From positions 1 to 32,934 of the forward strand of contig JAFTBD010000002.1 of NCBI GenBank assembly GCA_017455385.1: 32,934 nt of DNA, read 5' to 3'. How positions within the stretch are numbered: position 1 is the first letter of the stretch; every line of letters starts with the position of its first letter. The notes under the pieces were generated by a model, which was given only the letters and a program-made list of their open reading frames with translations, had not been told where the DNA came from and did no database searches. Of this stretch, positions 25,461 to 32,934 are shown in pieces. Position numbers and translations under genes: made by a program. The stretch is from Clostridia bacterium (lineage in GTDB: Bacteria; Bacillota; Clostridia; Christensenellales; CAG-1252).

Positions 25461-25515
25461 GATAAGAGAATGGTGGATAAGAGAACGGTGGATAAGAGAA
25501 CGGTGGGAGAGAAAA
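25461..25515. repeat. Tandem 15-bp repeat, three copies plus a degenerate fourth (GATAAGAGAA[T/C]GGTG)
   Basis: gataagagaatggtg (25461-25475), gataagagaacggtg (25476-25490), gataagagaacggtg (25491-25505), then ggagagaaaatg. Located in the 281-nt argF-carB spacer. Confidence 0.8.
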
Positions 25516-25629
25516 TGCGCCTCCGTACTTTAAGAGAGAAAGGATAGGATAGAGGACTCCACGTCCTTGAAAAGGGCAGGGAACAGAAATAAGGATTTAT
25601 TCGAAATGGTCGGATAAATAGGAGAATAT

Positions 25630-28600
25630 ATGAAAAGGAAAGATATCAAGAAGGTGCTCATCATCGGGTCGGGACCCATCGTGATCGGGCAGGCGGCGGA
25701 GTTCGACTATGCGGGCACGCAGGCGTGCTTGGCGCTCCGCGAAGAGGGCTACGAGGTCGTACTCGTGAATTCCAATCCCGCCACCATCATGACGGACAGC
25801 GAGATCGCGGACAAGGTCTATATGGAGCCTCTGACCGTGCCTTATATCGAGGAAGTCATCAAGAAGGAGCGACCCAATGCGCTCGTGCCGGGTATCGGCG
25901 GGCAGACGGGGCTGAATCTCGCCATCGAGCTCGCGGATAAGGGCATTCTGGAGAAATACGGCGTGGAGCTCCTCGGCACTGACGTCAAGAGCATTCGTTT
26001 GGCGGAGGATCGCGAACTTTTCAAGGAAATGTGCGAGAGGATCGGCGAGCCCGTTATCCCCTCCGAGATCGCGTATAATTTGGAAGAGGCGATCAAGGCG
26101 GCGTCCGACATCGGCTATCCGGTGGTGGTGCGTCCCGCATTCACCCTCGGCGGTACGGGCGGCGGCTTTGCCGAGAACGAAGCGGAGCTCATCGAGGTCG
26201 CCACGAACGGATTGCGCCTCTCTCCCGTCAGTCAGGTGCTCATCGAGAAGAGCGTCAAGGGGTATAAAGAGATCGAATTCGAGGTCATGCGTGACCAAGA
26301 GGGGAATACCATCACCATCTGCGGGATGGAGAACGTGGACCCCGTCGGCGTGCATACCGGCGATTCCATCGTGGTCGCCCCGATATTGACCCTCGCGCCC
26401 GACGAGCTCAAAATGCTGAATGACAGCGCCATCAAGATCATTAAAGAACTCGAGATCGCAGGCGGTTGCAACGTGCAATTCGCCCTCGCGCCCAAAGGGA
26501 AAGAATACTTCCTCATCGAGGTGAATCCGAGGGTGTCGCGTTCCTCGGCGCTCGCGTCCAAGGCGAGCGGCTATCCCATCGCCCGCGTCACGGCGAAAGT
26601 GGCGCTCGGCATGACGCTCCCCGAGATCGAGGTGGCGGGCGGCAAGGCGATCACCGAGCCTTCCTTGGACTACATCGTCGCCAAGTTTCCCCGTTTCCCC
26701 TTCGACAAGTTCACCACGGCGTCAAACCTGCTCGGCACGCAGATGAAAGCGACGGGCGAGGTCATGGGCATCGGGTCCAATCTCGAAGAGTGCATTCTGA
26801 AATCGGTGCGCTCCTTGGAGGTCAAGGTGAATCACCTTTACCATCCCAAGTTCGACGATATGTCGGTCGAGGCGCTTTTCGACTACATCAAGGTTTTCCG
26901 CGCGGATAATTTCTTCGCCATCGCGGAGCTTTTGTCCCGCGGCGCGGCGGTAGAGGACGTGGCGAAAGTGACGATGATCACTCCTTTCTTCATCGAGTCC
27001 ATCGCGAAGATCATCGCGGAGGAGAATGCCCTCAAGGCGGCGCCGTTCTCGGCGGACGAGCTCCTGAAAGCCAAGAAAATGGGCTTCTCGGACGGCTACG
27101 CGGCGAGGCTGTGGAACGTCACCGAGGCGGAGGTCTCGGCGTTCCGTAAAGAGCACGGCATCAAGCCCGTTTTCCGTATGGTGGACACCCTCCATACCGG
27201 CAAATACATCCCGTACTTCTATTCTTCGTATAGCGGCGTCAACGACTCCGTCAAGACGGATAAAAAGAAGATCGTCTGTCTCGGCGCGGGACCCATCCGT
27301 ATCGGGCAGGGCATCGAATTCGACTATTCCACCGTCCACGCGGTGAAGACCATCAAGGCGTCGGGCTACGAGTCCATCATTATCAATAATAACCCCGAGA
27401 CCGTTTCCACCGATTACACCACGGCGGACAAGCTGTATTTCGACCCGCTGACCCCCGAAGACGTGATGAACGTCTTGGATTTCGAGGGCGCGGAAGGGGT
27501 CATCACATCCCTCGGCGGGCAGACGGCGATAAACCTTGCGGCGCCCCTTGACGCGCGCGGCGTGACCTTGCTCGGCACGGGCAAGGCGGCGATCGACAAG
27601 GCGGAAGACCGCGAGCTTTTCGACGAGCTCCTCGCTTCGGTGGGCATCCCCCGTCCGCGTGGTACGGCTGTGACGGACGTGGAGAGCGGCGTCAAAGCGG
27701 CGGCGGAGATCGGCTATCCCTTGCTGGTGCGTCCGAGTTTCGTCCTCGGCGGCAGGGCGATGCAGATCGTTTCCAAGGAAGCGGAACTGCGCAAATATCT
27801 CTCCGAGGCGGTCAGCATCGACGCGTCCCATCCCGTCCTCATCGACAAGTATATTAAGGGCAAAGAGGTGGAGGTGGACGCCATCTCGGACGGCGAGACG
27901 GTCTTCGTCCCCGGCATCATGGAGCTCGTAGAGCGCACGGGCGTGCATTCGGGCGACAGCATCTCGGTCTATCCGTCTTTCTCCCTCACGGATTCCGTGA
28001 AGCAGACGGTGCTGGATTACACAGAGAAGCTCGGGCTCGCCATCGGCATCCAAGGGCTTTTCAACGTGCAGTACATCGTGGATGGCGAGAACGTTTACGT
28101 TATCGAGGTCAATCCCCGTTCTTCCCGTACCGTTCCCTTCCTCTCGAAGTCAACGGGTATCTCCGTGGCGGATGTCGCCACCAAGGTCATCCTCGGCGAG
28201 ACATTGAAAGAGCAGGGCTACGTCGGCTATCGCGAGAAGGCGGGCGCCTATTTCGTGAAAGTCCCCGTTTTCTCCTTCCATAAACTTCGCGGCTTGGACG
28301 CCTATCTGTCCCCCGAGATGAAGTCCACGGGCGAGGCGATCGGCTGCGGCGCGACCCTCACGCAGGCATTCGAGAAAGCATTCATCGCGGCAGGCACGAA
28401 GATCAAACGTTCCGGCACGGTGCTCCTCACCTTGGCGGATGAGGACAAAGAGGAGGCTCTCCCGCTCATCAAGCGCTTCGCCGCCCTCGGGTTCAGCTTC
28501 GCGTCCACCGGTCTCAGCACCAAGTTCCTCGTGGAGAAAGGCTTCGCCACCACCCACCTCGGCAAGCCGAGCGAGGGGAGCAACGAGGTGGAGGATTACA

Positions 28601-28770
28601 TCCGCGCAGGGAAGGCGACCTACGTCGTGAATACCCGCGCCATCCTGTCGGGCGTGCATTACATCGACGGCGAGACCATCCGCCGCGCCGCCATCGAGAG
28701 CAACGTGCAGATGATGACCTCGCTGGATACCGTCCGCGCCCTTCTCTCCGTCCTTGAAGCGCATAAATAA
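25630..28770 (+). CDS. carB: Carbamoyl-phosphate synthase large subunit
   Basis: KKVLIIGSGPIVIGQAAEFDYAGTQA and the duplicated KKIVCLGAGPIRIGQGIEFDYSTVHA show two ATP-grasp halves. C-terminal MGS-like domain (GTVLLTLADEDKEEALPLIKRFAALGF). AGGAGA SD. Confidence 0.92.
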   Translation: MKRKDIKKVLIIGSGPIVIGQAAEFDYAGTQACLALREEGYEVVLVNSNPATIMTDSEIADKVYMEPLTVPYIEEVIKKERPNALVPGIGGQTGLNLAIELADKGILEKYGVELLGTDVKSIRLAEDRELFKEMCERIGEPVIPSEIAYNLEEAIKAASDIGYPVVVRPAFTLGGTGGGFAENEAELIEVATNGLRLSPVSQVLIEKSVKGYKEIEFEVMRDQEGNTITICGMENVDPVGVHTGDSIVVAPILTLAPDELKMLNDSAIKIIKELEIAGGCNVQFALAPKGKEYFLIEVNPRVSRSSALASKASGYPIARVTAKVALGMTLPEIEVAGGKAITEPSLDYIVAKFPRFPFDKFTTASNLLGTQMKATGEVMGIGSNLEECILKSVRSLEVKVNHLYHPKFDDMSVEALFDYIKVFRADNFFAIAELLSRGAAVEDVAKVTMITPFFIESIAKIIAEENALKAAPFSADELLKAKKMGFSDGYAARLWNVTEAEVSAFRKEHGIKPVFRMVDTLHTGKYIPYFYSSYSGVNDSVKTDKKKIVCLGAGPIRIGQGIEFDYSTVHAVKTIKASGYESIIINNNPETVSTDYTTADKLYFDPLTPEDVMNVLDFEGAEGVITSLGGQTAINLAAPLDARGVTLLGTGKAAIDKAEDRELFDELLASVGIPRPRGTAVTDVESGVKAAAEIGYPLLVRPSFVLGGRAMQIVSKEAELRKYLSEAVSIDASHPVLIDKYIKGKEVEVDAISDGETVFVPGIMELVERTGVHSGDSISVYPSFSLTDSVKQTVLDYTEKLGLAIGIQGLFNVQYIVDGENVYVIEVNPRSSRTVPFLSKSTGISVADVATKVILGETLKEQGYVGYREKAGAYFVKVPVFSFHKLRGLDAYLSPEMKSTGEAIGCGATLTQAFEKAFIAAGTKIKRSGTVLLTLADEDKEEALPLIKRFAALGFSFASTGLSTKFLVEKGFATTHLGKPSEGSNEVEDYIRAGKATYVVNTRAILSGVHYIDGETIRRAAIESNVQMMTSLDTVRALLSVLEAHK

Positions 28771-28793
28771 GAAACGTACGACAATATAAGAAA

Positions 28794-28828
28794 AACGCCT
28801 TCGCGAATGAACGAAGGCGTTCTTTGTT
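28794..28828. terminator. Terminator hairpin between convergent carB and the phosphodiesterase gene
   Basis: 10-bp stem aacgccttcg (28794-28803) / cgaaggcgtt (28812-28821), loop cgaatgaa. A-run upstream and TCTTTGTT downstream. Confidence 0.75.
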
Positions 28829-28869
28829 GTCGGATCGTCGGCTTTCCGCGCCCGCGACGGGGCAGGGGA

Positions 28870-29703
28870 TCAATTGTGGAAAAGGTCTGTCGTGATGTAG
28901 TCCGCGCCGTATTCGCGCGCGGCGGCGAGATCCGCGTCCGTGTCGATCGTCCATACGTTCACGGTAAGCCCCGCATTATGAAATGTCGTCACCAGTTCCT
29001 CGGTCACGACGTTCTTCTCGGGGTCCGCGGAGAGCTTGACGTCGATGCTGATATTGTTTCTGAGGCATTGCGCGAATTGGGCGTCGTTCGGGGTTTGCGA
29101 GAGGTACTGGAGCGGGACGGTCGGATCCGCCTTTTGCGCTTCTTTCAGCGTGACGTAAGAGAAAGAAATAAAGGTGATCTGCTTGCGGTCGTACGTTTCG
29201 TCCACGATGCGGAGAACGTTCAGGAATTCGCTCTTTGAGAAATAGTCTTTCAGCTCGATGACCGCCACCTTGCCGCCCGACTTGCACGCCTGCAGGTAGG
29301 TCTCGAAGGTGCAGAGATGGGCAGGGGTGCTCGTTTTGGTGTTCTCGACAGGCTTCGCGGTGAGCGTGGCGAGGTCGTTGTCGGCGATCTTCAGGGAAGA
29401 GCCGTCCGCGTACTTGACGGTGTCGTTGTGGTTGCAGACGTAGTAGCCGTCTTTCGTTTTGCGGATGTCCGTCTCGATGCCGTAGAAACCAAGCTCCGCC
29501 GCCGCGCGGAAGGATGCCTCCGTGTTCTCCGGATAGCGGTAGCTGTAGCCGCGGTGCGCGACGTATTTCACGCCGCTCTCGACCACGACCTCCTCGTCCC
29601 CCGTCGGGGAGTCGTTACAAGCGGTAAAAGTGCCCATGATGATCGCTATGACAATGATCGCTATGACTGTGAGCCATATCCTTTTGCTCCTATTCGCCTT
29701 CAT
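28870..29703 (-). CDS. Glycerophosphodiester phosphodiesterase (GDPD family), lipoprotein
   Basis: Lipobox IIMGTFTA|C. GDPD N-terminal signature VAHRGYSYRYPENTEASFRAAAELGFYGIETDIRKTKDG. GGAGG lies upstream of ATG 29703. Confidence 0.85.
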   Translation of the reverse strand: MKANRSKRIWLTVIAIIVIAIIMGTFTACNDSPTGDEEVVVESGVKYVAHRGYSYRYPENTEASFRAAAELGFYGIETDIRKTKDGYYVCNHNDTVKYADGSSLKIADNDLATLTAKPVENTKTSTPAHLCTFETYLQACKSGGKVAVIELKDYFSKSEFLNVLRIVDETYDRKQITFISFSYVTLKEAQKADPTVPLQYLSQTPNDAQFAQCLRNNISIDVKLSADPEKNVVTEELVTTFHNAGLTVNVWTIDTDADLAAAREYGADYITTDLFHN

Positions 29704-29999
29704 TTGTCATCCCTCCTCCCTTCCTTCATACCATATCCCGGGGTGGGAAGTCAATATGCTCTCTGTCCTTTGTTAAGAAAAAAGGGCCAAAGCACTCGCG
29801 TTAGTTGCTTGCAAAAAATAGACCTATCCGTATTATTTCCAAATTCACGGAAGTGTTCGGATATCATAGGTGAATACTTTTTCAAAATTTTTTTAGGAAG
29901 GCATTTTGTTAATACATGAAAAAGCCAAGCGGTTAGCCTGGCTTGATGCGTTAAAATGTTCTATTGATTTTGATACCGAAGAAATCCCTCGTAATAAAT

Positions 30000-30034
30000 A
30001 AAACGACTCCCGGCTTGCACCGAGAGTTCGTTTT
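30000..30034 (-). terminator. Possible terminator of the 138-aa gene (minus strand)
   Basis: Imperfect stem aaaacgactc (30000-30009) / gagttcgtttt (30024-30034, one bulge). On the minus strand it is followed by a T-rich run (TTTATTTATT). Confidence 0.35.
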
Positions 30035-30084
30035 ATTGTCAAGTGGTGGGCAACAGATGAGCTAAAAAGAACAATCATTTTGGT

Positions 30085-30501
30085 CTATAGATATCGCTCT
30101 ATTTGTTTGTATTGTTCTTGCGTCAAATTATCAATACGTTTGTTAAAAACAATTCCATCATCGGTAATTGAATCAATACATGGAGTTATCCATTCGTGAT
30201 CTTCAAAATCAAATCCATATCTTAACAATAGAATATCAAATTGGCTGTTAGTTCCGTATTTTATGTAGTTTTGCAAGGCTTTTGCTCGTAAATCGGTAGT
30301 CGCATTATAATAAATCTCTAATCCTGCGTTAATAGGATCAACAAGAGATAGTGAAATAACTTTATCCAAATAATCATATGTATCGTAAACAAGCCTATCG
30401 TAATCACATTGATCTATGGGTGTATGTTCTGGAAATAATGAGATTGTCCCTTTATGTTTATTAGGGATAGAAAATGCCTCTTGTGTGAATTTTAAAGTCA
30501 T
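30085..30501 (-). CDS. Hypothetical 138-aa protein, no recognisable family
   Basis: Clean ORF with the AT-rich codon usage of the island. No signal peptide, transmembrane span or HTH seen. Weak, closely spaced SD (AAGGGA directly before the ATG). Divergent from the FRG gene, with only 50 nt between the start codons. Confidence 0.5.
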   Translation of the reverse strand: MTLKFTQEAFSIPNKHKGTISLFPEHTPIDQCDYDRLVYDTYDYLDKVISLSLVDPINAGLEIYYNATTDLRAKALQNYIKYGTNSQFDILLLRYGFDFEDHEWITPCIDSITDDGIVFNKRIDNLTQEQYKQIERYL

Positions 30502-30551
30502 TCCCTTTATTTCTTGTTTAAACTCTTTTTCTGTTATCTCGTTTTGATTAT

Positions 30552-31649
30552 ATGCTTTTTTTAGTTCCCGTTGAGTTTTTTTATATCGACGCAGTTAATT
30601 CGCTAATTAAAAACAAAAAGGAACCGCATAGAATCTTTTTATACCGTGGAGAACCTGAATTGTATGAAGAGAGTTCATGCATTCCGAGTATTTTTAGAAG
30701 GAAAGATTTGTCGGATAATGTATATTACGAGAAGAGTTTATATAATGCAATTAAGCAAAACAAGCTGTCGAAAGGAGATAACTATCTTGAAACGGCCATT
30801 GAGGCACAGCATGGAGAGTTTCCAAGTAGGCTATTGGACGTTTCATACAATTCTTTAATAGCACTGTACTTTGCAGTTACTCCGTATTATCACAAAGAAG
30901 TAACTGCATATGATGACAAAGACGGTGCGGTATATGTGTTTTATGTGGATAAGCTCTTTAGTCCAAGCGCATCCAATACGGTTGATAATTATGACGCAAT
31001 TATAAATAAAACAACTTGGTTGAACCAACCGATCTTTGCTAAGACACACAAGATGATTGATCACACTAAACTAAATAATAGGATAATTGCACAACAAGGT
31101 GCATTTATTTTGTTTCAGGGAAACGATGCAGAAAGAATCCCGCAATATATGTTTGATAGAATAGAAATCCCATACAGCGCCAAAAAGACCATTAGAGAAG
31201 AATTGGTTGCGTTGTTTGGATTAAGTAAAAGTTTTGTTTTCCCTGAGATAACGAATTATGTTGACGACTTATCGGAGAAAAATAAAATTCTTATTACTGA
31301 GGATTTTAGTATCGATGGTGAAATAGAGTCAGTTTTTAACACCTTTTCGGATGAATTGGACTATTTCTCCGATTTTATAGTTGCATTTGAAAGAAAAAAG
31401 CATGAAAGAGATTTTTATAACGCAATTCAGAAGATGGAAATGATAATAAATAGCTATAAGAGTTCCTTTGAAGTTTTTATTGAAATGGTAGAAAGAAATT
31501 CGGAAATCAATAATGAATTGAAGAGATATAGTATTGATGCGCAAAAAGATAGAATTGACATTATCAGAGAGTATAATCGTTTACTAACGGTATTTATCGA
31601 AGAATTAAAAGTGGAAGGGATAGAAATATCGGAGAGTTTGAAGTTTTGA
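30552..31649 (+). CDS. FRG-domain protein with a ~130-aa helical C-terminal extension
   Basis: HRIFLYRGE (the F/Y-R-G motif), PSIFRR, AIEAQHGEFPSRLLDVSYNSLIALYFAV, DGAVYVFYVD and NNRIIAQQGAFILF match the hallmarks of Pfam FRG (PF08867). No obvious SD. An in-frame stop at 30519-30521 limits the possible upstream extension. Confidence 0.75.
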   Translation: MLFLVPVEFFYIDAVNSLIKNKKEPHRIFLYRGEPELYEESSCIPSIFRRKDLSDNVYYEKSLYNAIKQNKLSKGDNYLETAIEAQHGEFPSRLLDVSYNSLIALYFAVTPYYHKEVTAYDDKDGAVYVFYVDKLFSPSASNTVDNYDAIINKTTWLNQPIFAKTHKMIDHTKLNNRIIAQQGAFILFQGNDAERIPQYMFDRIEIPYSAKKTIREELVALFGLSKSFVFPEITNYVDDLSEKNKILITEDFSIDGEIESVFNTFSDELDYFSDFIVAFERKKHERDFYNAIQKMEMIINSYKSSFEVFIEMVERNSEINNELKRYSIDAQKDRIDIIREYNRLLTVFIEELKVEGIEISESLKF

Positions 31650-31667
31650 ATTAAAAGGGGAAGACAA

Positions 31668-32934
31668 ATGATAACAGAGATCAACAGAAGATATGTTAAT
31701 TATATTTCGGAAGCATTATACAACTTTGGATTAGATAGCGATGAGGAAGTATGGAAACAAGATCCTCTTCTGCTCCGCAGCTTTGTGCAAAATAGAGATC
31801 CGATTGTTGTAGAGAATTCAGAGACCCTCGGTATTACGCAAGGGGAAGAGTTTATGCTTTTAATTCGCCTTAATGAAGATGGCTTCTCTCGCGATAAAAT
31901 AGTTGAAATAGCGGCGAAGGAATTGTCAAAAATAAAAGAAAAAAAACTTTTACGTATAATTAATATTGTTTGGTTTTTTCGAAATGTAAAAAGTCGTATT
32001 GAGATAGCGAGCATTCTTTCAAATCCTGTTCAATTTAAGAAGGAATTAAGCGCACATAAAATAAGTGGCATTAGGAGGATTCGTTCTATTTTATATTTGG
32101 ACGGTGAAGCGAAAACAAAAACGAAAGAGTATAAATTGAAAGCAAAGCGCTACGAGATGCTTATTCACAAAGACAATCGTAGTCACATAAATGATAACGA
32201 CGCTTTAAGGGGATATGTGTTTACGGCAAATCTTTTTGACATTGTCGAATTGTATAATGAGATTGGGGATGATATATTCAAAAAGAATCTTCGTCTTGGG
32301 ATAAAAGAACAAATGGGTGTAGATTCTGCTATAAAAGAAACTTTAAGAACAGCCCCGGATCATTTTTGGTTTCGAAATGGGGGGATAACTATATTAATAA
32401 AAAAGACCGATTTAGTTTTTGATCGAACAAACGAAATCGTGTTAAAAAGGGCTGGGGAGTCCGAAAGGAATTTCTGGATTATTAATGGAGCGCAAACTAT
32501 AAGTGCTGCTGCAGATTTTTATTATGGGGAAAAGGGAGCAGAAGATTCAAAAAGAGCAAAAGTAATTGTCAGAATAATTCAAATAAATGAGAAATCAACA
32601 AAGGCAGAAAGTGATGCTGATATTATAAGTATAGCATTGAACAGACAAAAACCGATAAAGGATGAAGATATTGCATTTAACAATGTTGTTGTTCGTGAAT
32701 GGAATGAGTACTTTAATAAAGAAGGATACACTCTTTGTCGTAGAAGTGAGTTTGTCCATTCTCCCAATGCTATGAGTCTGGTTGAATTTGCAAGGGCAAG
32801 AAAGGCAGTAGCCGGGCATCCCGGAGAGGCAAGGAGTAGCGCATCTTCTGAATTGTTAAAGACGAAAGATGCTTTTTTCCAAGATATTGATATTTTCGTA
32901 AAGGAATTGCAAAAAACAGAGCATGATTTCTCAA
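31668..32934 (+). CDS. AIPR-like (abortive infection phage resistance family) protein, 5' partial (422 codons, runs off the window)
   Basis: My own codon-by-codon translation from ATG 31668 found no stop to 32934. AAAGGGG SD at 31654-31660. Motifs LRGYVFTANLFDIVELYNEIGDDIFKKNLRLGIK, DHFWFRNGGITILIKK and FWIINGAQTISAAADF mirror the conserved AIPR core (..NNGITI.. / ..IVNG.QT..). The ORF is absent from the supplied track, presumably because it has no stop codon in the window. Confidence 0.7.
   Translation, partial: MITEINRRYVNYISEALYNFGLDSDEEVWKQDPLLLRSFVQNRDPIVVENSETLGITQGEEFMLLIRLNEDGFSRDKIVEIAAKELSKIKEKKLLRIINIVWFFRNVKSRIEIASILSNPVQFKKELSAHKISGIRRIRSILYLDGEAKTKTKEYKLKAKRYEMLIHKDNRSHINDNDALRGYVFTANLFDIVELYNEIGDDIFKKNLRLGIKEQMGVDSAIKETLRTAPDHFWFRNGGITILIKKTDLVFDRTNEIVLKRAGESERNFWIINGAQTISAAADFYYGEKGAEDSKRAKVIVRIIQINEKSTKAESDADIISIALNRQKPIKDEDIAFNNVVVREWNEYFNKEGYTLCRRSEFVHSPNAMSLVEFARARKAVAGHPGEARSSASSELLKTKDAFFQDIDIFVKELQKTEHDFS

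Larger units (their letters stand above)
29760..32934. other. Low-G+C segment (putative horizontally acquired island), truncated by the right window edge
   Basis: Hand-counted 60-nt lines give ~35% G+C at 30.6 kb, against roughly 60-65% in carB and the GDPD gene. Codon third positions switch from G/C-rich to A/T-rich. No integrase, tRNA or direct repeats are visible in the part available. Confidence 0.7.

Noticed and set aside
25461-25515. Possible CRISPR array
   Set aside because: The 15-bp units are directly adjacent with no spacers, there are only 3-4 copies, and no cas genes are present. This is a simple tandem repeat. The hairpin array at 7049-7254 is not CRISPR-like either, because it has a 7-nt constant part and 9-17-nt variable palindromes.
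25597-28053. Minus-strand ORFs 25597-26478 and 26722-28053 (also 28150-28764 and 28514-28954)
   Set aside because: They lie antisense to carB. Their products are low-complexity Arg/Asp/Leu/Gly-rich sequences.
29704-30084. tRNA gene, integrase remnant or small ORF at the island junction
   Set aside because: No cloverleaf-compatible sequence was found. The only ATG with an upstream purine-rich stretch (29907) encodes 6 codons. Nothing here is supportable.
30646-31544. Short ORFs inside the FRG gene (30646-30858 +, 30855-31064 -, 31329-31544 -, 31454-31684 -)
   Set aside because: They are alternative-frame or antisense ORFs within a gene that has clear FRG-domain motifs. They have no independent support.
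31700-32014. 104-aa minus-strand ORF (also 32579-32767 and 32595-32819)
   Set aside because: They lie antisense to the uninterrupted AIPR-like ORF, which has an SD and conserved family motifs. AT-rich DNA gives these short ORFs Phe/Ile/Ser/Leu-rich products with no motifs.

Overview
About 90% of the window (1 to ~29.7 kb) reads as core chromosome of a roughly 60% G+C, endospore-forming Firmicute (Clostridia-like). In order it carries:
- an HtrA-like lipoprotein protease;
- a 1768-aa repeat-rich surface lipoprotein;
- gltX followed by an O-antigen-ligase-family gene (minus strand);
- spoIIE and secG-smpB;
- a tightly packed string of metY, metA, a RimK-type ATP-grasp ligase, a TPR protein and a DUF4037-type nucleotidyltransferase;
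- a convergent vWA + stand-alone RyR-domain gene pair;
- an arginine operon argC-argJ-argB-argD-argF behind a near-consensus promoter with ARG-box-like repeats;
- carB with no adjacent carA, and a lipoprotein glycerophosphodiesterase.

From ~29.76 kb to the window end the composition drops to about one third G+C. This island holds a 138-aa orphan gene, an FRG-domain gene and, 18 nt downstream, an AIPR-like (abortive-infection family) ORF. That ORF runs off the right edge and is missing from the supplied ORF track. I rate FRG+AIPR as the best candidate for an undescribed, defence-type system.

Secondary candidates are the vWA/RyR pair, the ATP-grasp/TPR/nucleotidyltransferase trio, and an unusual non-coding array at 7.05-7.25 kb in which variable GC-rich mini-hairpins are separated by a conserved AATTCAY heptamer.

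No rRNA, tRNA, tmRNA, CRISPR array, transposase or integrase was recognised. All domain calls rest on motif recognition by eye and need HMM confirmation. The long ORFs antisense to recognised genes are treated as high-GC artefacts.
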